Assembly (NCBI GenBank): GCA_977862235.1
Contig: OZ374557.1
Coordinates: 2,914,001 to 2,978,000 of the forward strand
From: Dudresnaya verticillata
Taxonomy: Eukaryota
DNA: 64,000 bases
Direction: 5' to 3'
The translations under genes were made by a program, and so were the position numbers. Below are positions 1 to 12,400 of the stretch, one piece after another (position 1 is the stretch's first letter; the number at the start of each line of letters is the position of its first letter). The notes under the pieces were generated by a model. That model did not search any database and was not told the origin of the DNA. It saw only the letters and a program-made list of their open reading frames with translations.

Positions 1-13
1 TGAGGATATTGAG

Positions 14-1399
14 TTGCAGTTGAAGATACTCGTCGTATCTCACTGTGGGACTATAGGACACCGCGGCAGAGCTGCCACAAAGCGTGTGCTAGCAGAGTCG
101 TTTTGGTGGTCGAACATGGAAAAGGATGTTGAGACTCTAGTGCGCGGGTACCTTCACTGTATAGTGACCCGGAGAGGCGAGGTGGTACCACGTCCGCTCG
201 GCACCGCACTACATGGCTCCAAGCCTAATGAGGTACTTCACCTCGATTTCCTGTTCATGGGGTCTGGCAGGGGACGTATGAAATACATACTAATCCTGCG
301 TGACGATTTGTCGTCATACGTTTGGTTGTGGGCTACGGAAGCCTGCACCAGCGAAGCTGCCGCTGAGGCGCTCGCAAATTGGCTCGGTGCATTTGGAAGC
401 ATGGTATGGCTCGTAACGGACCAAGGGTCTCATTTCAAGAACGAGCTCATCGCTGACTTGACGAATGAGATAAGGGTACACCATCATTTCACGACGGCAT
501 ACTCGCCTTGGGCAAATGGGTCCGTCGAGAGGGTCTGTCAGGAGGTCCTGAGAGCGTGCAAAGCCCTGCTGAGCGAATGGGGACTTGGGCCGCAAGACTG
601 GCCGGCTGTGACAGAATGTGTGCAGAGCGTACTGAACCACTCACCTTTAAAGCGTTTAGGATTGCGGGACAAGAAAGTGAATGACGTTTACAGAACACCG
701 CTAGAAGTTTTCACCGGGCACTTGCCGGTACGTCCGCTGCTCCGCGCGTTACCAGTTGACAAGTTTAAGAATGCTCATAACCTGGATGAGGTGCGCGCAC
801 TCCAACTTATTGATGTGGAAAGAACTCAAGATGCCATTTCCCAAATGCACACAGACGTTGTAGGGCTGGTCACGGCCTCAAGGAAGAGGAAAATAGACAA
901 GCACAACCGCAAGACGAATATTTCTGCTGCCAGCTTTAACGTTGGGGACTTTGTTCTTGCTCGTCGTGCGAGAAGAGGAAATCATAAGCTACAATTCTCT
1001 TGGTGTGGGCCCAGACGCGTTACTGAAGTCAAGTCGGACTGGGTATACAAGGTCGAAGACCTAGTGAACAACAAACGCGAAATTGTTCACGCCCGACGGC
1101 TCCATATGTACCGTGCAGATATGGATGGAAAGCCCGTTTCAGAAAAACTGCTGCAGGCAGCCAAGCGGTCTGAAACATGCTTCGAAACTGCAAAAGCATT
1201 GCGAGCTATTCGAGACCATGAAGGTGGTCTGATGGTGCAGATTGAGTGGGAAGGACTTCCTGACGCAGCTGACTATACTTGGGAACCGCTGAACCAACTG
1301 TTTGAGGACTTGCCTGGACTACTGGAGGATTTTCTCCAAACAGCCGGTGATCGACCGCTAACGCGCAGAGCCCTCAAGCAACTCTCTCTATCAAGTTAA
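14..1399 (+). CDS. Gypsy pol C-terminus: integrase (HHCC remnant, DDE core) + chromodomain; 5'-truncated by the window
   Basis: H...GH..W/C zinc region, LHLDF, TDQGSHF, YSPWANGSVER, WCGP motif, C-terminal VQIEWEGL...TWEPL chromodomain. Confidence 0.92.
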   Translation: MQLKILVVSHCGTIGHRGRAATKRVLAESFWWSNMEKDVETLVRGYLHCIVTRRGEVVPRPLGTALHGSKPNEVLHLDFLFMGSGRGRMKYILILRDDLSSYVWLWATEACTSEAAAEALANWLGAFGSMVWLVTDQGSHFKNELIADLTNEIRVHHHFTTAYSPWANGSVERVCQEVLRACKALLSEWGLGPQDWPAVTECVQSVLNHSPLKRLGLRDKKVNDVYRTPLEVFTGHLPVRPLLRALPVDKFKNAHNLDEVRALQLIDVERTQDAISQMHTDVVGLVTASRKRKIDKHNRKTNISAASFNVGDFVLARRARRGNHKLQFSWCGPRRVTEVKSDWVYKVEDLVNNKREIVHARRLHMYRADMDGKPVSEKLLQAAKRSETCFETAKALRAIRDHEGGLMVQIEWEGLPDAADYTWEPLNQLFEDLPGLLEDFLQTAGDRPLTRRALKQLSLSS

Positions 1400-1439
1400 T
1401 GCTTTACCACTTCCGGTGGTGCGGCAAACCATGGGGCCC

Positions 1440-1823
1440 TGTGACGCTGGAGCACTGCTCGCCACAGTATGCTGCCGGCACACAAGCGCCCGCTAATGCG
1501 TCATTAGTCACTTCCATTCATCAAGGCTTGCAGTAATTCGAGAGCCTGCGGGCCCCGCTGCTCGGCGCGCCGCTGGAGGGCAATGCTCTCGCCGCCGCCC
1601 ACAGCCGCCGGGTCCAATCTGTAGAGTAGCAGATAAAGGCGCACGGTGTGGGTCACCGCGGAGTGAAGCGGTAACGAACAGGTACCCCCCGTTGCAGTGC
1701 CGTCCACCTTCGCCGAGCCTTCCCTTTAATTCCCTTGCGCTCTATCGTCCTTATAGCGCCTCCCATGCAACTAAGCGCGCACCTCCGCACGCGCGTTGTA
1801 AGAAAAGTCCCCGAGTCGTCACA
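1440..1823 (+). repeat. 3' LTR (384 bp)
   Basis: Starts TGTGACG (1440), ends CGTCACA (1823): 7-bp terminal inverted repeat, 40 bp after the pol stop. Confidence 0.75.
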
Positions 1824-1924
1824 GAGAGAGAGTTTGTGTTTACTGGGATCTTGGGTATGGAAGGCAGAAAGCGCTTGTGGGTCGGGATGTGGTATGATAA
1901 ATCGCAGTATCGTTATCTGCGGGT

Positions 1925-2539
1925 TCAATAGTCGAACTCACTCGAGAGCTGGGGCCGGCCATCATGTACACGGTGAACGACATGCAGCGCGACAAGCAGC
2001 GGCAGCACGTCCGCCGCGCGCAAGAAGGCTTGCGCCAGCACGACGCCCAACGCAAAGGCCGGGACGCAGGCGAGGCACGGGACAAAGGCGGCAAAGTCGA
2101 GCAGCATGACTGCGCGCGCGCCGTCACGCGCGGCCGGCGGGTGCGACAGCCACGCGGCGTGCACCGGCGTGCACAGCCACAGTAGCGCGGCCGCGGCGGG
2201 CAGATGCAGCGCGCGCGGCGATGTCGAGAGCGGCACGTGCAGCAGCAGCGACAGCAGATAGACCGGGAACAGGCGGGGCACGCGTGTGGCGTAGAAGCGC
2301 GTGGCGAAGAAGGCGCGCGTGGCGTGCGCGTACGAGTGCGCAAAGCCCGACTGCAGCAGCAGCAGCAGCGCGAGGAGCGGCGCGGCGGATACGCTCAGCG
2401 CCGAGGCGCGGGGGGAGACGGCGGCGAGGACGAGGTGCAGGCCCGTGGACACGCGCAGCGCCAGCAGCAGCGGGAGCGGCGGCGACAGCGGCGGCGTTCA
2501 TCGAGGGTGGGGCGCGCGCGCGCGGCGGAGGGGATGCAT
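1925..2539 (-). pseudogene. Acyltransferase-3 (OafA-like) membrane protein remnant
   Basis: LLLALRVSTGLHLV, LLQSGF..Y and FYATRVPRLFPVYLL resemble the LR..A / SGF / FY.RR..RL.P.Y motifs; ATG at 2539 is in frame but followed by TGA at 2498-2500; short. Confidence 0.5.
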
Positions 2540-2681
2540 TGGACGGGGTGCGACGGCGGGGCGCGACGGACGGGGAGAAATTCCATTTGGACCGGGACGT
2601 GCAGACGCGGACTGGACTAGTTCGCGAGACCCTGGTGGACTGTCCAGTGGACCGGGGGTGCTATGGTCGCCGTGCTTGTCG

Positions 2682-2712
2682 TTGTTTGTTTGTTTGTTTG
2701 TTTGTTTGTTTT
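2682..2712. repeat. (TTTG)n microsatellite
   Basis: About 7 tandem TTTG units. Confidence 0.9.
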
Positions 2713-3057
2713 ACGTCCTTAATTTTATTTTAAGGTACCATCTCACCCTGGGTTAAAGTGGGTTTCCTGTAGGCGCAAGCCTGGCAGAAGAAGACAAGGG
2801 ACTGAGACGATAGCCAGTTCTCTGCAGCTGATCAGGGCGAAGGACCGCTGCTGCGGTTTGTAGCTATAGGGGTGGCATGGAGGAGGATCCACAGGGTAGA
2901 TGGCAGGCAGAAATGCTCGGTGACCACGGCGAAGGGAGCGGCGGCGGTGGGAGAACTTCACCCTGCAGAGGCTGGTGCAACACCAGAAAAATCAAATTTG
3001 TACTCTACGCCGAATCTTTGGAGCGCCCTCGAAAGAAATGAATTGTAGGGAGGAACT

Positions 3058-3227
3058 GGCGGTGTACCGTGGCACCCAGGGTGCGGCGGGTGTCAATCAA
3101 CATGTCGGAGCCAATGGCCACCGTCTATACTCAACCGGAAAGTAGGGCCACGTCGCATATACTCAGTTGCTGATTGGTGGGGCTCTAGCCAATACATTTA
3201 CTCTATACTCAACTAACAAGTACTTGG
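3058..3227 (+). repeat. MULE left TIR
   Basis: GGCGGTGTACCGTGGCACCCAGGGTGCGGCGGGTGTCAATCAA...AACAAGTACTTGG matches the reverse complement of 12157-12326. Confidence 0.92.
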
Positions 3228-3708
3228 CACGCAGGGACTGTTCAGGGGCCTTTTCGTGACCGATGTCTGTGTGACAGTGACGAATTTCAAATCGCAACGA
3301 CCGGAAAGCGCGCGGATGATGTGCAGCCGCAGCTGTGGATCCCACCCACCCCCACCCACCCCCTCGCCGCCATCGCCGCCATCGCCGCCATCCGTCCCCG
3401 CCCGCAGCCATCATGATTGCCTCTCTCTTCCGCGTGCATTGCGTCCATCTCTAGCGTGCTTACCGGTCTGCCTCCTAACGGACTCGACTCTTCCTGTGGC
3501 CGGCGTTCCTCCCTACAATGTCACCTCTGGCGGAATGGCGCTCCCCGCATGACGAGCGCATGACATTCGTTTCCCGCCTGCTTTCCGCCGGCTGCTTTTC
3601 TAACGATGCGCAAAAAGCCCGTGTCGGCCTGCTTTTCAGTATTTTGACTCGCATAGAAGCACGAGGCCCCACAATACCCTATGGATTCATTTTGTAGGGT
3701 TTTCCGAT

Positions 3709-4701
3709 ATGTTGCCCAGTTTAATGCTCGAGTACGCGCTGTCTGATATCGATCTACACAGGACAGTCGCAGTTGGGACATGTGAATTCTCTGAGCAATT
3801 GCGAGATTCAGCAATGCAGTCCAAGAAATGTGGAGATAAGGAGCCCGTTTTTTCTTCGTGGATGATACAATACCTGAGTGATCTCGTCCTCTATGGTGGT
3901 GAATCGACGAGCAAAGTTATCCTACCATTGTGTAAAAACCTGCATTGGGGGTTTGTGCTCATTCAGGTGGTTTTTGAGAGCTGTCCCGTGTCTGCAACCG
4001 GTCGTTTCGCTTTGGGAAAGGGTACGTTACACTGGGCTGATAGCTTAGGTGCTTCCCCTCGGCGAGGAGAGGAAAACCAGCTGTTTTGTTTTACTCGCAA
4101 GTGCCTGCAAGCGGCATTAGAAAACGTGCGTTGGACCTGCTGTGAAGAGAATTGGATGCTTCACAAGAACGGTATGCACTTTGCAAGGCAGAGGGACGGC
4201 TATAGCTGTGGGTTTTATGTCATTGCTTCGGTATTGCAATTGTCGTCTGCTGGCAATCGTGGCGAGTTCGAACGGGTTCCTAAACACCCATACAGACCGC
4301 ATTACTCGCCCGGGGCAAGCAATACAATTAGAGATGCGTGCATCCGTGTAACGTACAAGCATACCCTACGGATAATGTCGGAGATAGGCCCTGACCGCGA
4401 TGCCATTCGAAAAAGCTACGAACGGAAACTGTACGGCCTTCTGAGACAAATATGGAAATACCCGAACAGAACCCAGCCACTCTCACGGGAACCGGTTCGA
4501 GTTGATTCCGCCAGTTCTGATCGCAATAGTGCACTGGAATTGGCACCTCTGCAATCGTCTGCACAGCGGAGCCAGGAAGTTCGTGAGCTGCCTTCGTTGA
4601 GCCAAATACTCTCTCTACCTAATCTGACGCCCAGCCATCCAACAACGGGACTGCGCTCTGTGTCCACACGGTCTACTGCAGAAGATGTGGCCACAGAATA
4701 G
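3709..4701 (+). pseudogene. Ulp1/SENP-like (peptidase C48) cysteine protease domain, in frame with the downstream transposase
   Basis: PLCKNLHWGFVLI (His), WADSLG (Asp), RQRDGYSCGFYV (Gln, Cys); true start probably upstream and frameshifted. Confidence 0.85.
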
Positions 4702-7700
4702 GATGCGAAACGCCATGGGAAGGGTGGTTATACCTACCCTGCCCGTCCAGAAGGCCCTGCGAGCGGCCTGGATTGCGGCCTGGATTGCGGCGCAGCAGCC
4801 CGTCCTGCGAAACCCGGCACCCTTCCGCCCAGAAATGTCGTGCGTCCCACTCTGATTGCGCTACCTAATCTTTTTGGCAGCTCTGATGACGACGACGACG
4901 ACTTCATGGAATTAATTCATCCCCGCAAGCCTACCACGGCTGCTGCTGCGACTGCGAGTTCTAGCTCGTCAAACACGTCGTCGTCTTTGAGCGGTGGTAG
5001 CAGCGTTGCGGAAATCCCGCGCTCGAAAGTACCGTCCTCTGAACATCTCGAGATATTGATCAACAGTCCGGTTGTTCCGCCACTCGGAGCTGGCGGTTCG
5101 AAAGCAGAGAGGTTCTTCCTCTGTACTACAGCCAACGCCGCGGAATATGCAGCGTCATTCGCGCATTCTGGATTCTTCTTCACGAAGAACTACGTGCGAA
5201 GGACTGGCAACGGATAAAATCACGACTGGAAGGTTCGTTTCCGCTGCTTGAGACAGGGAACCCCCCTCGGCCACAGGGAGCCGTGCAAAGTGTCATTCGT
5301 TTGCCATCGCCGAGTCGACGAAAATGGTTGGGATGTGTGGGCTGCTTCAGAGGATATTCATGTATCCCACAATCACCCAGCGGAGCGGAAGCATCAGAGG
5401 TACAACTTCTCGGTAAAGCTCCGGGAGTACTACAGAGATAAGCACTTCGCAAGAATTCTCCCCCGGATGGAAGGAAGCTCCCAGGCCGATCCTGTACCCG
5501 TTCGTGATGCATTGTGGCCGACCAGTATCACGTTGAGGCCAATTCATGCTAATCTTGCAGGCGTGTCATCATCCAGTGGTGGGTGTGAAGACCGCTCAAC
5601 CACGTGGACCGGCACAGAGAGTGAAATCGCAATCGAAGGCGGAGGTGCGTGTCGGAGAGGTACGACTGAAGCATTGCCTGCGATGTCGGACGGTGAGAAT
5701 GAGGAAGTGATAGACCTCTACAGTAGGAGTGACAGCGATACTGAGCGGATGGCTGCTGTATCCAGTCCTATTCGGCGCAAGAGAACTGAAGCCCAAGGAA
5801 CTGCGCCAATTGAGGTTAGAGTCGTAGAATCGCCGACGGCATATCTCAAGATGACACTGCAGTCTTTCGTGGAAACTGTCGACGCTCAATGCGCTGGACG
5901 CGATGTCAAGCAGGGAATCATCGTGATATGCGAGAGTTTTGGTCTCGATGCAGTAGTGCTGAGGTCTGAATACGAGAAGGATAGGGATGGGAGACGGGGA
6001 GGATTAAAGCGCTCAACATTTTCATGCGTGACAGACGGGTGCGCTTTTGGAATGAAGGTCACAAGCGCATTGGTAGCGCATAGCATTGACGATGGGCACG
6101 AGAACGGGTTAACATCGAAAGTCCGAACGTACTACATTTCTTTCTCCGAGTGGGAGCACAACCACGCGCCCGAGACTCGCAAACTGTGTTCTAGATTGCC
6201 ACCGCATATATTTGAGGAAGCAGACAATATGCACAACAAGTGCTTTCTTGCTTTCGCGGACGTTGTACGCTTCCTGGAGCGCAAGTACGGTTTCGTATGT
6301 GACAACCGCACTCTGCAACGGCAGCTGACGAGACATAAATCACTGGGCAACCCGAAAGACCTCGCCGCACAGCGTTTAGTTCACAATCTCATGAATATGC
6401 GCAATGAGGATGCAGGTAGCTTCTGCCGACTCGTGCAAGGGGAGGAAGATGGTGCTCTACATTCGATTTTGTGGTGCTCGTCTGAATGGAGAGCTGACTA
6501 CTACAGGTTCGGGGTGCTTCCCGGTGTTTGTATGGACTGCAAGGCGAAAGGGAACTAGTATATGATGAATCTGATCACTGTTAATGGTCGTACAAACTGT
6601 GAAAGAGTATTTACTGCCATGATGGGTTTCCTAAGCGACGAAACTATGGAGTCCTTCCAGTGGTTCTTTCGAAAGCTCAAAGAGTGCTATGATGTCTTGC
6701 CCGCCATGATCGCGATGGATCAGAGCGCCGCATGTATGTCAGCTTGTCGTTCCGTCCTGCGAAGCACGTATGTCAAATTGGACGAGTGGCACCTAAAACA
6801 GAACCAGAAGAGAAACGCCATGTCTTATCTACAACGCATTCGAAGTCCGCATTTGTACAATGAAATGGCGGCGGAATTGTTTCTCTTGAGGAAGTCTTCG
6901 ACGGTTCAACGATTTGTGGAAAGACGGACAGCTTTTGACAATACGTATTTCGTACAATATGGGATGCCACCGCCGAGATGGTTTAACTACCTGTACTACA
7001 ATGAGTCAAGAGCGCTCATTGACTGCTTCAATAAGAGAGCTTGCGAGCCTCGGTTCCTTTTTCAAGGCAGCGGGTACACAGGAGCTTCCAACTCTGAGTA
7101 CCGCGAGGTTGTGGCCGGGAAAAAGGTCGCAATGGAAATCGTTCCGGAGGTTATGACGAGGGTCACGGCGAAGAGAAGGGCAGGCAGAATTGCTGATAAG
7201 CTCAAGTCGCGTTCGGCTTCGTATTGCTCGAAGTTCTCTACATCGTGCGGCTTGAGTGCGGAAAGGGCTCAAAGGCTTTGCAGCCGGTATACGAAGTACT
7301 CACTTGATATATTCTACAAACTCAGTGTGTTGAAGTCGACTGAGTTCACTGTTTTGGAGTGTGGAGTAGAAACCCGTGATATCACTTCTTTGACTCTGAA
7401 TCCTCGAAGCCGGCCTGATTCTCCAACCGGTACGCATGAAGTAGTCGTTTTCCGCGTCGGTTGGAACAGAACTGAACAGGCAGGGTCAGCAGGAAATACC
7501 CTGCCTGTACAGCACACGGAGGCAGATGCAGCTGCTGGGGATGAAAACACTCAGACCCAAATAGATGAGGTAACCCCGGTTGAAGAGGGGTTGCCATCGG
7601 GACCTGCAGTTCCGAATGTGGGTAGGGTGCAGGGGACGGGAGCAGGGGAGGGTCAAACAACTGGAATGAGCTTCTTCTCATCTCTCATCAATATCAGTAA

Positions 7701-8856
7701 CAGATTCGATTCTCGGCAGTCTGGAGCGGGACGAAATGGCGGCGGTCAATCGACCTCCGCGGCGGCGGCTCATGAATCAGATCCCCACGTGCAGGTGTGG
7801 CAGGAAAATCAGCCCGTGCTTGACGATGTAGCAGAGTTGGCTGCAGCGCTGGCAACTATTGAAGAAGACCATCCACTTGTGTCATTCAACATAACATATG
7901 AGGTAGTGGTTGTGCATGTCGAAGATTTTGGATTGCGGTATACGTGCAGCTGCAGGTTATCAAGCAGTGCAGGGTTCCCTTGTGCTCATGTAGTGCGCGT
8001 CGCGGTTGTATATGATGAAGTGCGGGTTCTGCGTCCGACTGTGACCCGGACGATAGGACCCGTGATTCCATTAGAGAACCTCTTCCATAATTACTGGGAG
8101 CTCGATGCAAGCAAGCGCACCCAGGAGGATATTCAACCTGAGCGAAACGAGCTATATCAGATATGGGCGAGGGAAAATGGCTTGGACAACGATGTTGGTG
8201 CAGTGCTGATTGCCGTCCAGGAGGACATCGTTACCCGGCAAGACGGAACGGCCGTTGTTTCCCGAGAGGTTATTGGTGCGAGCGCGGATGACGCGGAAGA
8301 TAAGGAAGCCAGACGCGAAAGAGAAGTTCGAGTTGAAACCAGCCGACATGTGTCATGGGCTGGAGCAACAAGTCTGACCAAAGAGATGCACAGGGTTGCT
8401 TCAAACGCAGGGGAACGTCGCGTTCGTGAGTTGATGTTATATCTCCGCCAAGGTCTCACCATGCTCCGTGGGGGACATTCACCCTTTTCGTTAGACGTAG
8501 GCGGTCAGACAGTTGCTCCTTCGATGAACCCTCTACAAAATACTGTACAAGGCCGTGCCCCCGCGGCCGCAGGAACACGTCGGCAAGCTCGGGGCTCACA
8601 AAGCAGGCCACGCCAATCTGTTGGTAGGCGATACAATCAGAACCACCGCCCTGGGTTCCAGACCGTTATGATGAGAGAAGTTAATGTCCAGGGACCAGGA
8701 GAGCTACAAATACCTATCAGCAACCCGGCGAGGATAGCAGGCAGGAGAGGTCTTGGGCAGAAGAGAATCCGTTCCGCAGCTGAAGGATGGGGACCAAGTC
8801 GCAGGCAACGCCGCGGCTCAGGATCCTCCCAGCAGTTTAGTAACCCGGAACAGTAA
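4702..8856 (+). pseudogene. MULE transposase: two FAR1/WRKY-like C..C/HNH fingers, DDE-type core, SWIM finger; in-frame stops at 5215-5217 and 6556-6558
   Basis: CMDCKAKGN*Y, FLSDETMESFQWFF, MDQSAA, LDEWHL, CSCRLSSSAGFPCAHV; ORFs at 4840, 5248 and 6562 share one frame. Confidence 0.92.
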
Positions 8857-8910
8857 ACGCTACTTCCTACTCTTGCTCCTCGTGTTACGGCGTTCCTGCG
8901 AAGGAGCATC

Positions 8911-11772
8911 TCATGAAGTAGACCGGTAGCGCGGGCCCTCGCGATCCTGTGCATCTTCCGCGTCCGCGACATTCCGCATTATGACATCATTACCGGAAGC
9001 TGCAAGTTCAGCCTGTTTCTCGGCAACCTTTGCAGTGGGCTTTGCCGCACGCGGTACCTCAATGGCGTCAACCTCGGCGACGTTTGCATCTTTTGAAATA
9101 GGCTTCACGCTTGAAGCATCCACGGCGGGTTCATCCGCAGCCGTGTCCTTTTCGCAGCAGAGGACGGTGTTGGGGCTGCATCCGGCGGTCCTGATGGCTT
9201 GTCGATTAGATTCTCGACATCCTGACCCCCTGTAGAGCTGGGTTTGCCCGCAGCAACAGCATCGACTTTCAGCGCTTCACAGGCGCCCGCTGCACCAGGA
9301 TTGTCTACAGGAACCCTTCTAATTACCGTGGAGGTGGGCTTGGCCGCAACCTCGGGCTGTGGGGGACGAGAGGCATCGTTGAAGCGCCTTGGCCGGTTAC
9401 GTCCCAAATTCGCCGCCGTGCTCGGGGCAAGGCCGGAGGCTACTGCAGGGCCAGCTTCTGTAGGTGAGACCGAGCCCTGTACACCCCTTGTCCCATGCGC
9501 ACCTGTAACTGTGGCTGGTCTCATAACGGCATCATTGAAGCGATCCGGGGCTTGGGCGTAGTTTGAATCACCGTTTTCGCCTGGCCGCCGTTGTTTCTCC
9601 CACCACCATTCCTGCCGCCGCTTCCACCGCCGTTGTTGCCACCGCCATAGACACTGCCGCGCGCGGCGGCGCGATCGTCGCTCCCACCGCCATTTGTGCC
9701 TCCACCGTTGCCACCGCCGTTGCAACCTCCATTGCCGCGTCCGCGGTTGTCGTTCCCGCCACGATTGTTGTACCCTCCACCGCGGTTGTCGTTGAAACCA
9801 TTTACGCGATACCCTCCGCGGTTGTCATTGTAGCCGCCCCGATTGTGGTATCCGTCTCGATTGTCGTTGTACCCGCGGTTGTCGTAGCCGTCGCGGTTGT
9901 CGTTGTACCCGCGGTTGTCGTAGCCGTCGCGGTTGTCGTTGTACCCGACGCGGTTCCTGAACCCGCGGTTGTTGTTGCACCCTCCGCGGTTGTTGTAGCC
10001 ACCGCGATAGTCATCATAGCTATCGCGGTTATTGTAGCCACCACGATTTTCATCATAGCCACCGCGGTTGTTGTAGCCGCCGCGGTTGATGTAGCCACCG
10101 CGGTTGATGTATCCACCACGGTTGCTGTAGCCACCGCGGTTGTTGTACCGCTGCGGTTGTTGTAAGCGCCGTGGTTATCGTTGTGACCGCCACGATAGTC
10201 GTTGTGGGCCCCACGGTTGTCATTGTAGCCACCTCGGTTGTCGTCGTTGTAGACGCCGCGATCGTCCTTATACCCGCCGTTGTTCTGCCTGGTAAGGTCC
10301 GGGAAAGGCCCGTGGCTATACGGCCGATCGCGATGATCTCCGAAATAGCCCTGCTTGAGCAGGGCGATCCTTCACAATACCTTCCATCAGAACGGCTTCC
10401 TCATGTGCAAGAGGGCCAATGCACCGCTGCGTCTCCTCTGCGTTGATGAATTGAATGATCGTGTTGCGCTGATTCTTGTAGGCGTCGACATTATGCCGAC
10501 AATAAATGACTGCCGGGTCACTAGGATCTTCAGACGCGCACTGCTGCCTGACGAAAGTGAGAATGCGACAGTGCCGATTGCAATCCATTGAGCGAAGGCG
10601 CTGATTTTGGTCGAGGAAATCAAATCGCCACCTTCCATCCTCTGTCTTATCCATGTGTCGAGATAGTCCTGCCACCATGCGCCAAACTTATCAGTAGAAA
10701 GACGCTCCATAGCGTCAATAATGTCCAGCCCGGGCTCCATGTCTTCCTGTCCTGGTCCCCAAACCCTCTGGCGCTTGATAATGTTGCTCACCTGCTCCCT
10801 AAACCACTTTCGCTGCCTCTCAGATGCAGACTTGGGGCAAGCCCGCTCCGTCCTGCGTTCCGTTTCGCGCTCTGCCAGAGACATGTCCTGGAAGCGGGCA
10901 TTTCGCTCATCCCTCGAACGTCCACTACTGAAAAGTCTTGAAAATTCTCCGCGGCCCCTCCCACGGCCGCGACTACGTGGAGCACCACGTTCACGACCAC
11001 GTCTGCGACCCCGACCTCCTCCTCGAGAAAAACCTTCCTGCTTGTCGATACGCCCACTGGTCGTCATCCGCATGTCCTGGAAAGGGAAAGCGTTGTAGTC
11101 CACGATTTGCTTGAATTCGGTAGGGCGACCGTTACCGACGAAGAGCGAAGCAGCATTGCGACGCGAATTCTGTACAGCAGGCGGCGGCACTGTGTTCCCA
11201 TGGTCAACTGCAGCTGGAACAAGCGCAGTAATCGGTATGTTTCCTAGCCCAGGATGGTTGTAGGGAAGGAAAGGTCCCGGGTTGGATGGCACGTACCCCA
11301 CAGCGGGAAGGCCGATGTTGTTACCCAAAGTCGGTTGCGGCGTCGGATTGTAGATGTGGGCGGCCGCTGCGCCTTGCTGCGAGGTTGCAGCCATCAATGC
11401 GGCAGCACGAAGCGCGTTGACTTGTTCTTCTGTTCGCGACGCCATTGTGTGGCGCATGTCGGCAGCACCGGTACGGTAGGCTTGCTGAATACTCGCTTGG
11501 AGTGATGGTTCGTGAATTGCAGAGAAGGGATCCATAGCTGGAAGGTTCATGGCGGCGGCATGCACAGCTCCGCCGACAGCGCTTGGCGTCGCCGGAATCA
11601 TGGCGCCGATGGTGCTCGGTGCAGTCGGAACCAAGGCACCATTTGCGGAAGGTGCGAGGTTCCCGGGAGCGACGATGAAATGCTGGTTGATGTGTGCGAC
11701 GCTGCTCCCGGGGTGAGCACCTCGGCTCGCCGGCGTGGGCGCAAGGACAAAGTTGGGGTGCACCGGCTGCAT
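8911..11772 (-). pseudogene. MULE accessory gene of unknown function with RGG and YNNRGG low-complexity regions, frameshifted
   Basis: Likely ATG at 11772 (MQPVHPNF); consecutive minus-strand ORFs 10387-12102, 10316-10678, an unlisted repeat frame, 9105-9725 and 8911-9123 converge on the transposase stop. Confidence 0.6.
9730..10270 (-). repeat. Degenerate 18-21-bp coding tandem repeat (GGC TAC AAC AAC CGC GGT = GYNNRG)
   Basis: Recurrent accgcggttgttgtagcc-like units on the + strand. Confidence 0.85.
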
Positions 11773-12156
11773 CGCGGTAATGGATGCGGGAGAGGGAAGC
11801 TCGTAAGAGAAGGAAGGACGGGTAGAGAGAGCGCAGTGTCCAAAGCAGAGCGTGAAGCGCGCGAGCGGGGGCGCAGTCGTTGCCGTCGGTAGGTAGGCTG
11901 CTGTTCGATGGGCTCGTGGGTGGGGTGGTGGGCGCGGGTGGGCGGTGAACAGCGGCACGGGACAGCTGAAATGTTTTTTTCGCACAAAACACGATGGCGC
12001 GGCGACGACGCCGCCGGTCGGATCCGGCGCGTTTCGATCTGCGCGCGCGCGCGCTCCGCTCGGAGTGACCGTCACATCGCCACCCCGCGCCAGCAGCCGC
12101 ACCCACTAGTGGGTGCGAAGTTCCACGCCTCAGTGCGGGTGACCATTGTGCATGCT

Positions 12157-12326
12157 CCAAGTACTTGTTTCTGAGTATAGAGTAAATGTATTGGCCGAGA
12201 CACCCGCCAATCAGCAGTTGAGTATGCGCGACGTGGCCCGAATTCTAGCTGAGTATACAATGCGGCCATTGGCTGAGTATAAGTTGATTGACACCCGCCG
12301 CACCCCGGGTGCCACGTTACAGGGCC
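12157..12326 (-). repeat. MULE right TIR
   Basis: Inverted copy of 3058-3227, ending ...GCCACGTTACAGGGCC. Confidence 0.92.
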
Positions 12327-12400
12327 GGAGGAACTCTCTCGATACAGCTGTGGACAACAGTACTGTTGTACACGGTCGGGGGAGTACAATACTACTGTAC

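Larger units (their letters stand above)
1..1823 (+). mobile_element. 3' part of a Ty3/Gypsy (chromodomain-type) LTR retrotransposon
   Basis: Integrase + chromodomain ORF followed by an LTR-like segment with TG...CA inverted ends; 5' part lies outside the window. Confidence 0.9.
3058..12326 (+). mobile_element. Complete Mutator-like element (MULE), 9269 bp
   Basis: Imperfect ~170-bp TIRs, perfect 9-bp TSD GGAGGAACT at 3049-3057 and 12327-12335, internal MULE/SWIM transposase. Confidence 0.95.

Noticed and set aside
1653..2756. Many overlapping Arg/Ala-rich ORFs
   Set aside because: Expected artefacts of very high GC content; only the acyltransferase-like frame has recognisable motifs.
9563..10446. 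Val/Ala-rich and Thr/Ala-rich (mucin-like) ORFs
   Set aside because: They are shadow frames of the GYNNRG-coding repeat.
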